Shown in pieces: positions 9,241-19,856 of a DNA stretch of 64,000 nucleotides. Every line of letters starts with the position of its first letter. Within the stretch, counting starts at the first letter, position 1. Position numbers and translations under genes: made by a program. A model generated the notes under the pieces. It searched no databases and had not been told where the DNA came from. It saw nothing but the letters and a program-made list of their open reading frames with translations. Source of the stretch: an uncultured Candidatus Entotheonella sp. (GTDB lineage Bacteria > Tectomicrobia > Entotheonellia > Entotheonellales > Entotheonellaceae); contig OZ244252.1 of assembly GCA_965217185.1 (NCBI GenBank), positions 3,616,001 through 3,680,000 of the forward strand, given 5' to 3'.

Positions 9241-9999
9241 ATGAAGAAAGTTCTCATCACCGGCATGAGCGGGTTGATCGGCGGCCTGCTCAGGCAGCAC
9301 CTGGAGGCGCGCGGCGGTTACGATCTCAGCGCCCTGAACCGGCGGGCGATCGACGGGGTGCGCTGTTTGCAGGCCGATGTCGCCGATGCGGAGGCTATCA
9401 AACCCGCCTTTGCCGGGCAAGACGTGGTGGTGCACCTGGCGGCGTATCTCGGCAGCGACGATTGGGAAGGGCAGTTGGCGGGCAACGTCATCGGCACCTA
9501 CAACGTGTTCGAGGCGGCGCGGCTGGCTGGTGTCAAGCGGGTGATTTTTGCCAGCAGCGGCAACGCGGTGCGCGGCTTCGAGCAGGTGGCGCCGTATGAG
9601 GCGATTACCACCGGGCGGTACGACGAGGTGCCCGAGGGGTTTCCGCGCGTGACGCACGAAATGACGTGGCCCAGCGGCATTTACGGGGCGGCGAAAATTT
9701 GGGGCGAGGCGCTGGGCCGCCATTTTGCCGACGCCTACGGCCTATCGGTGCTGTGTGTGCGCATCGGCATGGTGCGCAAGGAGAATCGCCCGCAACAGCC
9801 GCGCGATTATTCCATCTACCTCAGTCACCGCGACGTGGTGCAAATCCTGACGCAGTGCATCGAGGCGCCGGACGACTTGCGGTACGACGTGTTCCTGGCC
9901 ATTTCGAACAACAAGTGGGGATACCGCGACCTTGAGCACGCCCGGCAGGTGCTCGGCTACGCGCCGCAGGATTCCGCCGATACGTTCCGGGAGGGATGA
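9241..9999 (+). CDS. NAD(P)-dependent epimerase/dehydratase family (uronate dehydrogenase-like)
   Basis: KVLITGMSGLIG, FASS, YGAAK; ATG at 9241 with GGAGG RBS. Confidence 0.85.
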   Translation: MKKVLITGMSGLIGGLLRQHLEARGGYDLSALNRRAIDGVRCLQADVADAEAIKPAFAGQDVVVHLAAYLGSDDWEGQLAGNVIGTYNVFEAARLAGVKRVIFASSGNAVRGFEQVAPYEAITTGRYDEVPEGFPRVTHEMTWPSGIYGAAKIWGEALGRHFADAYGLSVLCVRIGMVRKENRPQQPRDYSIYLSHRDVVQILTQCIEAPDDLRYDVFLAISNNKWGYRDLEHARQVLGYAPQDSADTFREG

Positions 10000-10003
10000 T
10001 AGC

Positions 10004-11452
10004 TCAGCGTTTCCAGAAATCCGGCACGAACAGCACCAGCAGGGTGAATATCTCCAGCCGTCCCAGCAGCATGGCGACGCACATCGCCCACTTCGACACG
10101 CTGCCGATGCCGTCGTAGTGGCTCCCCACTTCCCAGAAGCCGTGCCCGAGGTTGTTCAGGCACGCCGCCACCGCGGCGAAGGCCGACAGCAGGTCGAGGC
10201 CGTCCACCGTCAGTACCAGCATCATCAGCGCAAAGCAGGCCAGGTAAATGGCGAAGAAGCCCCACATCGCTTCGAGAACTTTGTCCGGCAGGGCCGTCTT
10301 GCCGACCCGAATGACGAAAACGCCGTTTGGGTGAATGAGCCGCTTGATTTCCCGCAGGGCGTGCTTGACCAGCAGAATGAGGCGAATGACCTTCACGCCG
10401 CCGGCCGTCGACCCCGTGCAGCCGCCGATGAAGCTTGCGAACAGCAGAATCAGCACCAACGCCGCCGGCCAGTTCTCGTAATCCGTGGCGCTGAAGCCTG
10501 CCGTGACGCCGATGGATACCGCGTGGAACACCGCGTAATGCCAAGCCTCGCCGACGTCATAGGCGTTGACGTACATCAGGCCGACGAAGCTGTAAATGGC
10601 CACCGCGCCGAGGACGATCAGGTATACCTTCCATTCCGGATCTTCCGCGTATGGCACCATGTGTCGCCGATGCAGGGCCAGATAGTGCAGCGAGAATTTC
10701 GTGCCCGAAATCAGCATGAAGGCGACGCAGATCAGTTCAATGGTGGCGCTGTTGAAGTGGCCGATGCTGGCGTCGTGGGTCGAGAAGCCGCCGAGGGAGA
10801 CGGTCGAGAAGCTGTGGCCGATGGCGTCGAACAGGCTCATGCCGGCCAGCCAGTAAGCAGCGGCGCAGGCGATGGTGAGGCCGAAATAGATGTACCACAG
10901 GGTCTTGGCCGTTTCGGCAATACGCGGCGTCAGCTTGGCGTCCTTGACCGGGCCGGGAATTTCGGCGCGGTACAGCAGCATGCCACCGACGCCGAGCATG
11001 GGCAGGACGGCCACCGCCAGCACGATGATGCCCATGCCGCCCAGCCATTGCAGGAGTTGGCGATAGAACAGCAGGGCGTGCGGCATGCTGTCGAGATCGT
11101 TCAGCACCGTGGCGCCGGTGGTGGTGAGGCCGGAAAAGGACTCGAACACCGCGTTGGTAAACGAGATGCCCAGCCCCGGCATGGTATAGAACGGCAGGGC
11201 GCCGAAGAGGCTGAGCACCGTCCAGAACAGCACCACGACCAGGAAGCCGTCGCGTACCCGCAACTCTTCCCGGTGCCGGCGGAACACCTGCCACAGCACG
11301 AGGCCGGTGATGAGGGTGATACAGAAGGAGAGGCCGAACGACCCGGCACCGCCATCCTGGTAGATGAAGGCGACGATCACGGGCGGTACCATCGTGAGGC
11401 TGAACACGGCCAGCAAGATGCCGACGACGCGGAGGATGGTTTTGGCTTGCAT
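10004..11452 (-). CDS. trkH: Trk potassium uptake permease
   Basis: FESFSGLTTTG, QWLGGMG, GSTAGG, MLLGRLEI. Confidence 0.93.
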   Translation of the reverse strand: MQAKTILRVVGILLAVFSLTMVPPVIVAFIYQDGGAGSFGLSFCITLITGLVLWQVFRRHREELRVRDGFLVVVLFWTVLSLFGALPFYTMPGLGISFTNAVFESFSGLTTTGATVLNDLDSMPHALLFYRQLLQWLGGMGIIVLAVAVLPMLGVGGMLLYRAEIPGPVKDAKLTPRIAETAKTLWYIYFGLTIACAAAYWLAGMSLFDAIGHSFSTVSLGGFSTHDASIGHFNSATIELICVAFMLISGTKFSLHYLALHRRHMVPYAEDPEWKVYLIVLGAVAIYSFVGLMYVNAYDVGEAWHYAVFHAVSIGVTAGFSATDYENWPAALVLILLFASFIGGCTGSTAGGVKVIRLILLVKHALREIKRLIHPNGVFVIRVGKTALPDKVLEAMWGFFAIYLACFALMMLVLTVDGLDLLSAFAAVAACLNNLGHGFWEVGSHYDGIGSVSKWAMCVAMLLGRLEIFTLLVLFVPDFWKR

Positions 11453-11676
11453 GTCCAGCACTCATGGGGGCGAGGGGGAATTCTGGCGTGAGACACGACG
11501 CAGTTTCGTCAACGGTGGGGCGATTGTAGTCACAGGGCCTGCGGGGGGTCAAATGCAGCGGGCGCCGGCCGGCGTCCTGCACAGCGGCTTGCGCCTCATC
11601 CTGTAAACCACTATAAACGTCGGCAGTTTCAACGCATCCCGCCGTCCGAACACCACCTGAGCCAAAGGAGGCCATC

Positions 11677-12735
11677 GTGCCAACATTCGCTGCGCCAGAC
11701 CTGCAACGCCTGACCGAAGAAGTCTTTCACGCCGTCGGATTTCCGCGCGAGGAGGCCGCGACGATCGCCGACATCATGGTGCAGGCCAACCTGGCGGGGC
11801 ACGATTCGCACGGCGTCATTCACATCCCGGGCTACGTCGGGCGCATTCGCAGCGGCCACGTACGGCCGGGAGCGGCGGTGGAAACCGTGCACGAGACGTC
11901 GACGACGGCCGTGCTGGACGGCCATTTCACCATGGGTCACGTGGCGGCCAGCAAGGCGATGCAGTTGGCCATCAGCAAGGCGCGGGAGCACGCCATCGCG
12001 GCCGTCGGGGTGCACAACCTCAACCACATTGGCCGCATCGGCGCCTACCCGTTGATGGCCGCCGAGGCCGGCATGGGCGCCATCGTCACGGCGTCCGCCG
12101 GCGGCGCCGGCAAGCTGGTCACGCCGTTCCTGGGCATGCAGCCCCGGCTGGCCACCAACCCCATCGCCATAGCGTTCCCCAACCCGGCTGGCGCGCCGTT
12201 GCTGCTCGACATGGCCACGTCGGCGGCGGCGGCCGGCAAGATTCGCCTGATGCTGAACCGCGGGCACGAGACCGGCACGGGCTGGATCATCAACAAAGAC
12301 GGCCAGCCGACCCGCGACCCGGCGGATTTCTACGCCGGCGGCATGGCGCTGCCTCTGGGTGGCGACCAGGGCCACAAGGGCTACGGCCTGGCGGTCATGG
12401 TGGAAGTGCTCTCCGGCATCCTGGCGCGCACCGGAACCGCGGCCAAGGACCGGCAGGACCTCAACAACGGCACCTTTATGATCGTCATCGACATCGCCGC
12501 CTTTCTGCCCCTGGAGCAGTTTCACGCCGAAATGGCCGAGTTGGTCGATTATCTGCACGACACGCTGCCGGCGCCCGGACAGGAGGGCGTTCTGGTGCCG
12601 GGCGAATACGAGGCGCGCAACGAGGCCGCCCGCCGCCGCGACGGCATCCCCGTCGAGGACGAGACGTGGCGTCAGATTTGCGATACCGTGGAAGAGCTTG
12701 GAATCGCCTCTGCCCTGCCCAACGCACTGGCCTGA
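11677..12735 (+). CDS. Ldh_2 family (malate/L-lactate/ureidoglycolate-type) oxidoreductase
   Basis: GHDSHG, NHIGR, TNPIA, DMATS, HKGYGL. Confidence 0.88.
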   Translation: MPTFAAPDLQRLTEEVFHAVGFPREEAATIADIMVQANLAGHDSHGVIHIPGYVGRIRSGHVRPGAAVETVHETSTTAVLDGHFTMGHVAASKAMQLAISKAREHAIAAVGVHNLNHIGRIGAYPLMAAEAGMGAIVTASAGGAGKLVTPFLGMQPRLATNPIAIAFPNPAGAPLLLDMATSAAAAGKIRLMLNRGHETGTGWIINKDGQPTRDPADFYAGGMALPLGGDQGHKGYGLAVMVEVLSGILARTGTAAKDRQDLNNGTFMIVIDIAAFLPLEQFHAEMAELVDYLHDTLPAPGQEGVLVPGEYEARNEAARRRDGIPVEDETWRQICDTVEELGIASALPNALA

Positions 12736-12860
12736 CGGGGCGCCGCCGTTTTTGCGTTGCGGTGCGTTCGTATGCGAGAATACGCGGCACGCAGCGCGTC
12801 TCGTCTGGACGTTACGGGATAGGCGCGTGATCCGGTTTCAGCAAGTCATGGGAGGTGGTT

Positions 12861-13613
12861 ATGTCCGGTCATTCAAAATGGTCGAGTATCAAGCACAAAA
12901 AGGCCATGGTGGATGCACGCCGTGGCAAGATGTTCACCAAACTGATCCGCGAGCTGACGTCGGCTACCCGTGCCGGCGGGGGCGACCCGGACATTAACCC
13001 GCGGCTGCGTACCGCGGTGGCCTCGGCCAAGGGCGCCAACATGCCGGCCGATACCATCCAGCGCGCCATCCAGAAGGGCACCGGCGACACCGCGGGCGAG
13101 ACGTACGAGGAAGTGACCTATGAGGGCTACGGCGCCGGCGGCGTGGCGGTGCTGGTCGATACGCTGACCGACAACAAGAACCGCACGGTTGCCGAAGTTC
13201 GCCATCTGTTCGCCAAGCACGGCGGCAGCATGGGCGAAAACGGCTGCGTCGCGTGGATGTTCCAGCGCCAGGGTTTTCTCGCGCTGGACGCCGGCAGCAT
13301 TGACGAAGACGCCCTCCTTGAGATCGTCCTGGAGGCCGGCGGCGACGACGTCAGAACGGAAAACGACCTGTACGAAATCCTGACCGCACCGGAGGTCTTC
13401 GAGGACGTGCGCAGCTCGCTTGAGACGCAGGGCCTGACGCCGGAGGTGGCGGAGGTCACCATGCTGCCGCAGTCGACCGTGACGATCGAGGGCAAGCAGG
13501 CCGAGCAGGTTCTCCGCCTGATGGAGGCGCTGGATGACCAGGACGACGTGCGGCGCGCCTACGCCAATTTCGACATTCCCGACGACGTCATGGCCGCGTT
13601 GGCGGCTTCGTAA
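12861..13613 (+). CDS. yebC: YebC/PmpR family protein
   Basis: MSGHSKW, YEGYG, TDNKNRT; conserved position before ruvC. Confidence 0.95.
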   Translation: MSGHSKWSSIKHKKAMVDARRGKMFTKLIRELTSATRAGGGDPDINPRLRTAVASAKGANMPADTIQRAIQKGTGDTAGETYEEVTYEGYGAGGVAVLVDTLTDNKNRTVAEVRHLFAKHGGSMGENGCVAWMFQRQGFLALDAGSIDEDALLEIVLEAGGDDVRTENDLYEILTAPEVFEDVRSSLETQGLTPEVAEVTMLPQSTVTIEGKQAEQVLRLMEALDDQDDVRRAYANFDIPDDVMAALAAS

Positions 13614-13652
13614 TCCACGCCTCACGAATGGGCCGCAGCGACGGGGGACAGC

Positions 13653-14144
13653 GTGCGTGTGGTAGGCATTGACCCGGGATCGCTGGTCACCGGCTACGGC
13701 GTCGTGGAGCACGGCGCCGCCGGTATGCAGGCGCTCACTTGGGGCGCCGTGCGCACCTCGGCCCGGCAGCCGCTGCAGGTGCGGCTCAAACATATTTACG
13801 AGGGGTTGTCGGAGGTCATCCAGGTCTGGCAGCCCGAGGCCGCCGTGGTGGAAAAGGTCTTCTTCGCCGAGAACGCCAAGGCCGCCTTGACACTGGGCCA
13901 AGCGCGCGGCGTGGCCCTGCTGACCGTCGCCAATGCCGCGGTGCCGCTGGTGGAGTATTCGGCCCTGGAGATCAAGCAGGCCGTTGTTGGCTACGGCCGT
14001 GCGGCCAAGGAACAAGTCCAGCACATGGTTCGTGTGCTTCTGAACCTCCCGACGGTACCCCGCCCTGCTGACGCGGCCGATGCCTTGGCCGCCGCCATTT
14101 GCTACCTGCACAGCCACGAATGGCAGAGAAAACTGGCGCCATGA
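13653..14144 (+). CDS. ruvC: Holliday junction resolvase
   Basis: GIDPG, LGQARG, DAADALA. Confidence 0.95.
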   Translation: MRVVGIDPGSLVTGYGVVEHGAAGMQALTWGAVRTSARQPLQVRLKHIYEGLSEVIQVWQPEAAVVEKVFFAENAKAALTLGQARGVALLTVANAAVPLVEYSALEIKQAVVGYGRAAKEQVQHMVRVLLNLPTVPRPADAADALAAAICYLHSHEWQRKLAP

Positions 14145-14746
14145 TCGTGCTTCTGCAAGGCCTCCTGATGGACAAAACGGTTGAGCACGCGGTGATCGAC
14201 GTGCATGGCGTCGGCTATCAGGCGGATATTCCCTTGTCCACCTACTACGTGCTGCCGGGCGTGGGCGAGAGCGTTACGCTGCGCACCACCCTATACGTGC
14301 GCGAAGACGTTATGCGGCTGTACGGCTTTGCCACCGAGGAGGAGCGCAGCCTCTTCGAGATACTCATTGCGGTGTCGTCGATCGGTCCGCGCCTGGCCCT
14401 CAACATGCTGTCCAGCATTCCCGCTGGCGAGTTGCAGGCGTGCATCGCCCAGGCGGAGGTGTCCAGGCTGCAAACCATTCCCGGCATCGGCCGCAAAACC
14501 GCTGAACGTGTTGTCCTCGAATTGCAGGAGAAGATCGTCAAGCTCGACATGGCGCCGTCCGGGCTGCCACGCGAGTCGGTCCCGGCGGACGAGCAGGTGG
14601 TGGGCGACGTGGTGTCGGCCCTGCTCAATCTGGGATACAAGCGCAACGAGGCGCAGCGCGCCGTGCAGGCCGCGCGTAAGAATCGGGATGGGCGGCCGGT
14701 GCTGGAAACCCTCCTGAAGGACACGCTGCAACTAATCGGTGGCTAG
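14141..14746 (+). CDS. ruvA: Holliday junction DNA-binding protein
   Basis: GVGY, VRED..LYGF, IPGIGRKTAER. Confidence 0.95.
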   Translation: MIVLLQGLLMDKTVEHAVIDVHGVGYQADIPLSTYYVLPGVGESVTLRTTLYVREDVMRLYGFATEEERSLFEILIAVSSIGPRLALNMLSSIPAGELQACIAQAEVSRLQTIPGIGRKTAERVVLELQEKIVKLDMAPSGLPRESVPADEQVVGDVVSALLNLGYKRNEAQRAVQAARKNRDGRPVLETLLKDTLQLIGG

Positions 14747-14834
14747 TGACCAGTGGTCGGTGGCCGGTAAATTCTGGGAGGGCGGATCTTTGCTTTGGCC
14801 TTGCTTTTCACTATTCACTAACCACTAATCACTG
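14737..14834. repeat. Inverted arrays of degenerate heptamers between ruvA and ruvB
   Basis: CGGTGGC TAGTGAC CAGTGGT CGGTGGC CGGTAAA facing TTCACTA TTCACTA ACCACTA ATCACTG. Confidence 0.6.
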
Positions 14835-14851
14835 GTTTTCGGGGGCGCAGA

Positions 14852-15871
14852 GTGATAGAGCGCATCGTGGATCGAGCCCAGGATTCCGAGGAAAACCTCC
14901 TCGAAGTCAGCCTGCGTCCGCTTGCGCTTGAGGACTACGTCGGGCAGTCGCAGAGCAAGGAAAATCTCCGCATCCTGATCGAGGCCGCCCGGCAGCGCGC
15001 CGACACGATTGACCACATTCTCTTCAGCGGGCCGCCCGGCCTCGGTAAGACCACCCTGGCGCACATCATCGCCAACGAGATGCAGGTCAACGTCAAGACC
15101 ACCTCGGGGCCGATTCTGGAACGGCCCGGCGACCTGGCTGCTATCCTCACCAATTTGCAGCATGGCGACGTGTTTTTCATCGACGAGATCCACCGCTTGT
15201 CGCACGTCATTGAGGAAGTGCTGTATCCCGCCATGGAAGACTTTCAGCTCGACATCATCATCGGGCAGGGACCAAGCGCCCGGACGATCAAGCTGAGCCT
15301 GCCGCGCTTCACCCTCGTCGGCGCTACCACGCGGGCGGGGCTGTTGACCTCGCCGTTGCGCGACCGGTTCGGCGTGGTGATGCGGCTGGATTTCTATACG
15401 CAGGAGGAGTTGCAGGTAATTCTGCGCCGCTCCGCCGACCTGTTGCGGGTGGGCATCGACCAGGAGGGCACTGTCGAGATCGCCCGGCGTTCGCGCGGCA
15501 CGCCGCGGGTGGCGAACCGCTTGCTCAAGCGGGTGCGTGATTACGCGCAGGTGCGGGCGGATGGCTTCATTAACTGCGAAGTGGCCGCCCAAGCCCTGAA
15601 GCTCCTGGACGTCGACGATCAGGGCCTGGACAAGATGGACCGGCAGCTTCTGGAAGCGATTATCGACAAGTTTGGCGGCGGTCCGGTAGGTCTGGAAACG
15701 CTTTCCGCCGTCCTCAACGAGGAGAAGGACACCATCGAGGACGTGTACGAGCCATTCCTGATTCAGGAGGGCTACCTCAAACGCACCCCGCGCGGGCGTA
15801 CCGCGACCCCCCTGGCGTATCGCCACTTGCGGCGCCGGCTCGTAACCGATGGCCAAGCCCGTCTGCTGTAA
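14852..15871 (+). CDS. ruvB: Holliday junction branch migration ATPase
   Basis: [26 protein letters not shown]. Confidence 0.97.
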   Translation: MIERIVDRAQDSEENLLEVSLRPLALEDYVGQSQSKENLRILIEAARQRADTIDHILFSGPPGLGKTTLAHIIANEMQVNVKTTSGPILERPGDLAAILTNLQHGDVFFIDEIHRLSHVIEEVLYPAMEDFQLDIIIGQGPSARTIKLSLPRFTLVGATTRAGLLTSPLRDRFGVVMRLDFYTQEELQVILRRSADLLRVGIDQEGTVEIARRSRGTPRVANRLLKRVRDYAQVRADGFINCEVAAQALKLLDVDDQGLDKMDRQLLEAIIDKFGGGPVGLETLSAVLNEEKDTIEDVYEPFLIQEGYLKRTPRGRTATPLAYRHLRRRLVTDGQARLL

Positions 15872-15897
15872 TTTTCTGTCGTGAGAAAGCGCCCGCC

Positions 15898-16938
15898 GTG
15901 CACCTGCGCGACTTCGATTTCACCCTGCCAGCCGAATTGATCGCTCAAGCCCCTGCCGCCAAGCGGGATGGCTCGCGGCTGATGATCGTCGACCGGCAGC
16001 AAGGCAGCATCCGGCACGACGGGTTTGCCAACGTCGGCAACTACCTGAGCGCCGGGGACATGCTGGTGGTGAATGACACCAAGGTGATCCCGGCGCGTCT
16101 GCGGGGCCGTAAGGTCGGCACCGGCGGCAGTGTAGAGGTGCTGCTGCTTCACGAGGTCAGCGCCGGGGCGTGGGAAGTGTTGCTGAAGCCCGCCGCCAAG
16201 GTGCCGGCCGGCACGGAGGTGGAATTCGGCGCCGGGGCGTTGCGGGGACGTGTCGGGGAGCGGACGGAGAATGGGGCGGCCATCCTGCACTTTACGCCGC
16301 CCGACGTGTTGCCGGCACTTGCCGAGGTCGGCGAGGTGCCGCTGCCGCCCTATATCAAACGGCAGCAGCCGGCGGAGAGCCGGGAATTCGATCTGGAACG
16401 CTACCAAACAGTGTATGCCTGCCACCCCGGCGCGGTGGCGGCGCCGACCGCCGGTCTGCATTTCACGCCGGAGCTGCTGGCCGATCTGAAACGGCAGGGT
16501 ATTCAGCGAGCGACGCTCACGCTTCACGTGGGATGGGGGACATTCCAGCCGGTGCGCGGCGACGCCGTTGAGCAGCATCGCATGGGCGCGGAACGCTACC
16601 AATTGGCAGCGTCCGAGGCCGAACGGATCGAACAGGCCCGCGAACAGGGGTATCGAGTGGTGGCGGTGGGAACGACGACGACTCGTACGCTGGAAACCAT
16701 TGGGCAAGAAACAGGGGGGATACACGCCGCTAGCGGCTGGTCGGAACTCTTTATCAAGCCCGGGCATCGTTTTCGCGCCATCGATGCCCTGATCACCAAT
16801 TTTCACCTGCCGCGCTCAACGCTCTTTATGTTGGTGTGTGCGTTTGCCGGCCGCAATCTCATGCTCGAAGCCTACCAGACAGCCGTTGCCAACCGATATC
16901 GCTTCTACAGCTACGGCGACGCCATGCTCGTCATTTGA
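15898..16938 (+). CDS. queA: S-adenosylmethionine:tRNA ribosyltransferase-isomerase
   Basis: AAPTAGLHF, TNFHLPRSTL, YRFYSYGDAM. Confidence 0.97.
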   Translation: MHLRDFDFTLPAELIAQAPAAKRDGSRLMIVDRQQGSIRHDGFANVGNYLSAGDMLVVNDTKVIPARLRGRKVGTGGSVEVLLLHEVSAGAWEVLLKPAAKVPAGTEVEFGAGALRGRVGERTENGAAILHFTPPDVLPALAEVGEVPLPPYIKRQQPAESREFDLERYQTVYACHPGAVAAPTAGLHFTPELLADLKRQGIQRATLTLHVGWGTFQPVRGDAVEQHRMGAERYQLAASEAERIEQAREQGYRVVAVGTTTTRTLETIGQETGGIHAASGWSELFIKPGHRFRAIDALITNFHLPRSTLFMLVCAFAGRNLMLEAYQTAVANRYRFYSYGDAMLVI

Positions 16939-17112
16939 GCTTGTCCCCAGTGCCCAGATTCGGTAATGACAGCGGCCAGCCCCTTTTCTGCTCGACATCT
17001 TCGCCGTCGAGCCCTCCAAGTGGTTCGTACCACCGGATTCCATCGCGGACCACGCCCTCTAAATCCGGCCTGCATGCCCCTTAGGACTCTGATCGAGATT
17101 AAGTTTTCAACT

Positions 17113-17978
17113 TCATCGCGGCTGCAACTCGTAGTTCCAATCACCGTGGAACTCGTTTCGATGGAGCGACAGCGCCTCCATCTCTGCTTTCGTTGTAACC
17201 ACCCCAGTAGGATACGTTCTCTTGTCGAGCTTGGCTTTGACCCGAAGCCCTGCGGCCGTTCGCGTCTTGCCTATCAAGTCGACAATGGTCTCAAAGGTAC
17301 GCAGCGGCTTGCCTCGCCAATTCTGCGTGAGGTGACAAAACAGGCGGTGCTCAATCTTATTCCACTTGCTCGTGCCGGGCGGAAAATGGCTGACGTGGAG
17401 GCGCAGAGGCGTCTCGTCAGCGAGGTTCTGCAGGCCGTGCTTCCAGGCGCGCGAGCGATACCCGTTGCTACCGCCCGCGTCGGCGGTGATGAACAACTCA
17501 CAAGCCTGGGGGTAACGACGCTTGCCCATCTCGTTCCACCACCGTCGCATCGAGGCGACTGCGAACGCAGGCGTGTCGTGGTCACGCCCGACGTTAACCC
17601 ACGCTTCGTTGCCTCCCATGTCATAGATGCCGTATGGAATCGTTTTGCCCGCCGCGTCTTGGGGAAAGTCATGCACCCGTGACTTCTCAGGCCTCCCGTC
17701 AGGTTGCCATCCCTGGCCAGCGTTTTTGAAATCACCTACCAACTCCTTCTTCTTGGTGTCCACAGATACCACCGGCTGAGCCCGCTCAAGAAAGTCATCT
17801 GCCTTCGCATTGATGTGTTCGAACAGCGCGTTACGATCAGGGTGCGACGTACCCTCTCGACGCTTGCGCACCGATTGCAGGCTGTAGCCAAGTTCATGGA
17901 GTAAACGGCTTAGCGTCGTCGAACTCACCTTCCAGCCAGCCTTCGACAGCGCCGCCGTGAGCTTCGCCCGACTCTTAG
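17113..17978 (-). pseudogene. ISAzo13-family transposase, N-terminally truncated
   Basis: SVDTKKKELVG, ADAGGSNG, PPGTSKWNKIEHRLF, FHGDWNY; frame begins abruptly at SKSRAKL. Confidence 0.88.
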
Positions 17979-17990
17979 ACTCTGCCCTCT

Positions 17991-18014
17991 TAATACTCCC
18001 ATATGGGAGTATTA
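17991..18014. promoter_or_regulatory. Perfect 24-bp palindrome (operator-like)
   Basis: TAATACTCCCATATGGGAGTATTA is its own reverse complement. Confidence 0.5.
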
Positions 18015-18042
18015 TGGATTTTAAGTTTTTTGTATAGACTGA

Positions 18043-18391
18043 GTGCCTGTTCCTAAAGTCGGTGACGTCTCAATAGCAGGTGCGATTTCCATCGATTCCA
18101 GGGGGTTTGGCATGAAAGGGTACCGCAAAAGGGCGGTTGTTTACCCGGTATTGGCAAAAAGACAGGGCGTAGGTCTCAAATTGACCAGTTAGGCGGCCCG
18201 TCCGTGCGCCAATTTTGTAGATAAACCAACAATACTCCAGAGGAGTGCTGCCCATCACCCACCGTCCTACGTGACACTTTGTCACCTCGCGCATCAATCA
18301 TGTCCCCAAGCCGTACCAAACCCCCTCAGAATCGCTCAATTTCGGACTTACACCCAAAAGACAGAGTCGTTCTGGACTATGGAACAGACTC
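18043..18391. mobile_element. Possible IS5-like non-autonomous element (host of the 191-bp MITE)
   Basis: Imperfect IR pair GTGCCTGTTCCTAAAGTC / GAGTCTGTTCCATAGTC; flanks TGA and TTA do not match. Confidence 0.4.
18165..18355. mobile_element. 191-bp MITE, copy 1
   Basis: 20-bp imperfect TIRs GGGCGTAGGTCTCAAATTGA / GGGTGTAAGTCCGAAATTGA; 8-bp TSD AAAAGACA; near-identical copy at 62178-62368. Confidence 0.93.
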
Positions 18392-18475
18392 TTAGAATAC
18401 AAAGCCTATAACCTGGGAACTTAATTTTCGACAGCCTCCTTAGCAGGGTTGCAGGAGGCGTTTGCACGGAGACTC

Positions 18476-19627
18476 ATGAGCGAAAGGGACTTGTTCGACC
18501 GCATCCTGGTGTCGTTGCACGACGCCATGATCGACGATGTCCATTGGCATGCTACCGCCAAGCTGATCGATGAAGCCTGCCGGACAAAGGGCAACATGCT
18601 TGGGTTCGGCGAGAGGCGCTCTAACGACGATATGCAGATATTCTTCGCAAGGTTCTGCCATCGTGGGGAACGGCGGCAGGATTGGGAGCGCGAGTATTAC
18701 GAGGTTTACTACCCCCGGGACGAACGCGTTCCCCGCCTGATGCAACTGCCACCCAGCCACTTGATGTACGTTAAGGACCTCTACACCGACGAGGAGTTGA
18801 AGACCTCACCGGTGTACAACGAGGCTCTGTTACGCTCCGAATCCCAGAACAGCCTCAACGTACGTCTGGACGGGCCGGGCGGTTCGGACATCGGCTGGGT
18901 CATTGCCGACCCAAGCGGACTAGGCAGCTGGGAGACGGGTCAGATCGAGATGATCGAGCGTCTTCTACCCCATATTCGCCAGTTCGTCCGCGTCCGGGAT
19001 GTGCTGGCTGGCTCCGATGCTCTTGGCGCCTCCCTCACCGGATTGCTTGAAACCACCCGGTCCGGCGTCATTCATTTGGATCGGCGCGGGCGCATCGTCG
19101 AGGCAAACGACCGCGCCCGCGACATCCTGCGGCGGGCTGACGGGTTGTCCGACCAAGGCGGTTTCTTGGGCGCCTGGCTGCCAGCCGACAATGCCAACCT
19201 TCAGAGGCTGCTGGCACGCGCACTCCCCCCCTTCGGTGACCAAGGCGTCAGTGGCTCAATCACCATCGGGCGCCTGTCCGGCCTACCGCGGCTGGCGATG
19301 TATATAAATCCGGTGACCGACAATCACTCGGAATTCCGTAATCGCCGCGTTGCGGCGTTGGTGCTGATCGTCGATCCGGCGAGCCAGCCCAGGATCAATC
19401 CGGGTCTGGTGGCAGAGACCCTGGGCCTGACGCCGGCGGAAGGTCGGGTGGCGGCCATGTTGGCTGAAGGCAAGACGGTGCGTGATATTGCGATGGCGAC
19501 GAGCCGCCAGGAAGGCGCCGTCCATTGGCTCTTGCACCAGATATACAGGAAGCGCGGCATTTCGCGTCAGGTGGATCTGGTGCGGTTGGTGCTGTCGCTG
19601 TCTGAATGGCCGGGGGCTCAACGTTGA
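18476..19627 (+). CDS. LuxR-family HTH regulator with PAS-like central domain
   Basis: GVIHLDRRGRIVEAN (PAS-like); LTPAEGRVAAMLAEGKTVRDIA...RQVDLVRL (LuxR HTH). Confidence 0.85.
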   Translation: MSERDLFDRILVSLHDAMIDDVHWHATAKLIDEACRTKGNMLGFGERRSNDDMQIFFARFCHRGERRQDWEREYYEVYYPRDERVPRLMQLPPSHLMYVKDLYTDEELKTSPVYNEALLRSESQNSLNVRLDGPGGSDIGWVIADPSGLGSWETGQIEMIERLLPHIRQFVRVRDVLAGSDALGASLTGLLETTRSGVIHLDRRGRIVEANDRARDILRRADGLSDQGGFLGAWLPADNANLQRLLARALPPFGDQGVSGSITIGRLSGLPRLAMYINPVTDNHSEFRNRRVAALVLIVDPASQPRINPGLVAETLGLTPAEGRVAAMLAEGKTVRDIAMATSRQEGAVHWLLHQIYRKRGISRQVDLVRLVLSLSEWPGAQR

Positions 19628-19856
19628 AGGCGCCCTTCGCCGGAATGGGGGAGACGCCTCCCCCCGTGACTGCCTGATACCGCTGGCCCAATGCACGTTT
19701 CCTTCTCCCCCTCTCTCTCCCCTATTAAATCACTAGGAATACCTATTTTTGGTCTTGGCAGAATGCACCTCACCGTAGTCCAAGGTCATCTACGAAGGCG
19801 CATGTTCAGGTGCGTCTAACGGTATTGACGTTCTGCAATAAGGGAGAGATCGCACC

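Larger units (their letters stand above)
17084..18439 (-). mobile_element. ISAzo13-family element, 5' part of transposase replaced by nested elements
   Basis: Imperfect IRs GGACTCTGATCGAGATTAAGTT / GGAGGCTGTCGAAAATTAAGTT (reverse complement of the right end); TTA on both sides (17081-17083, 18440-18442). Confidence 0.75.
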
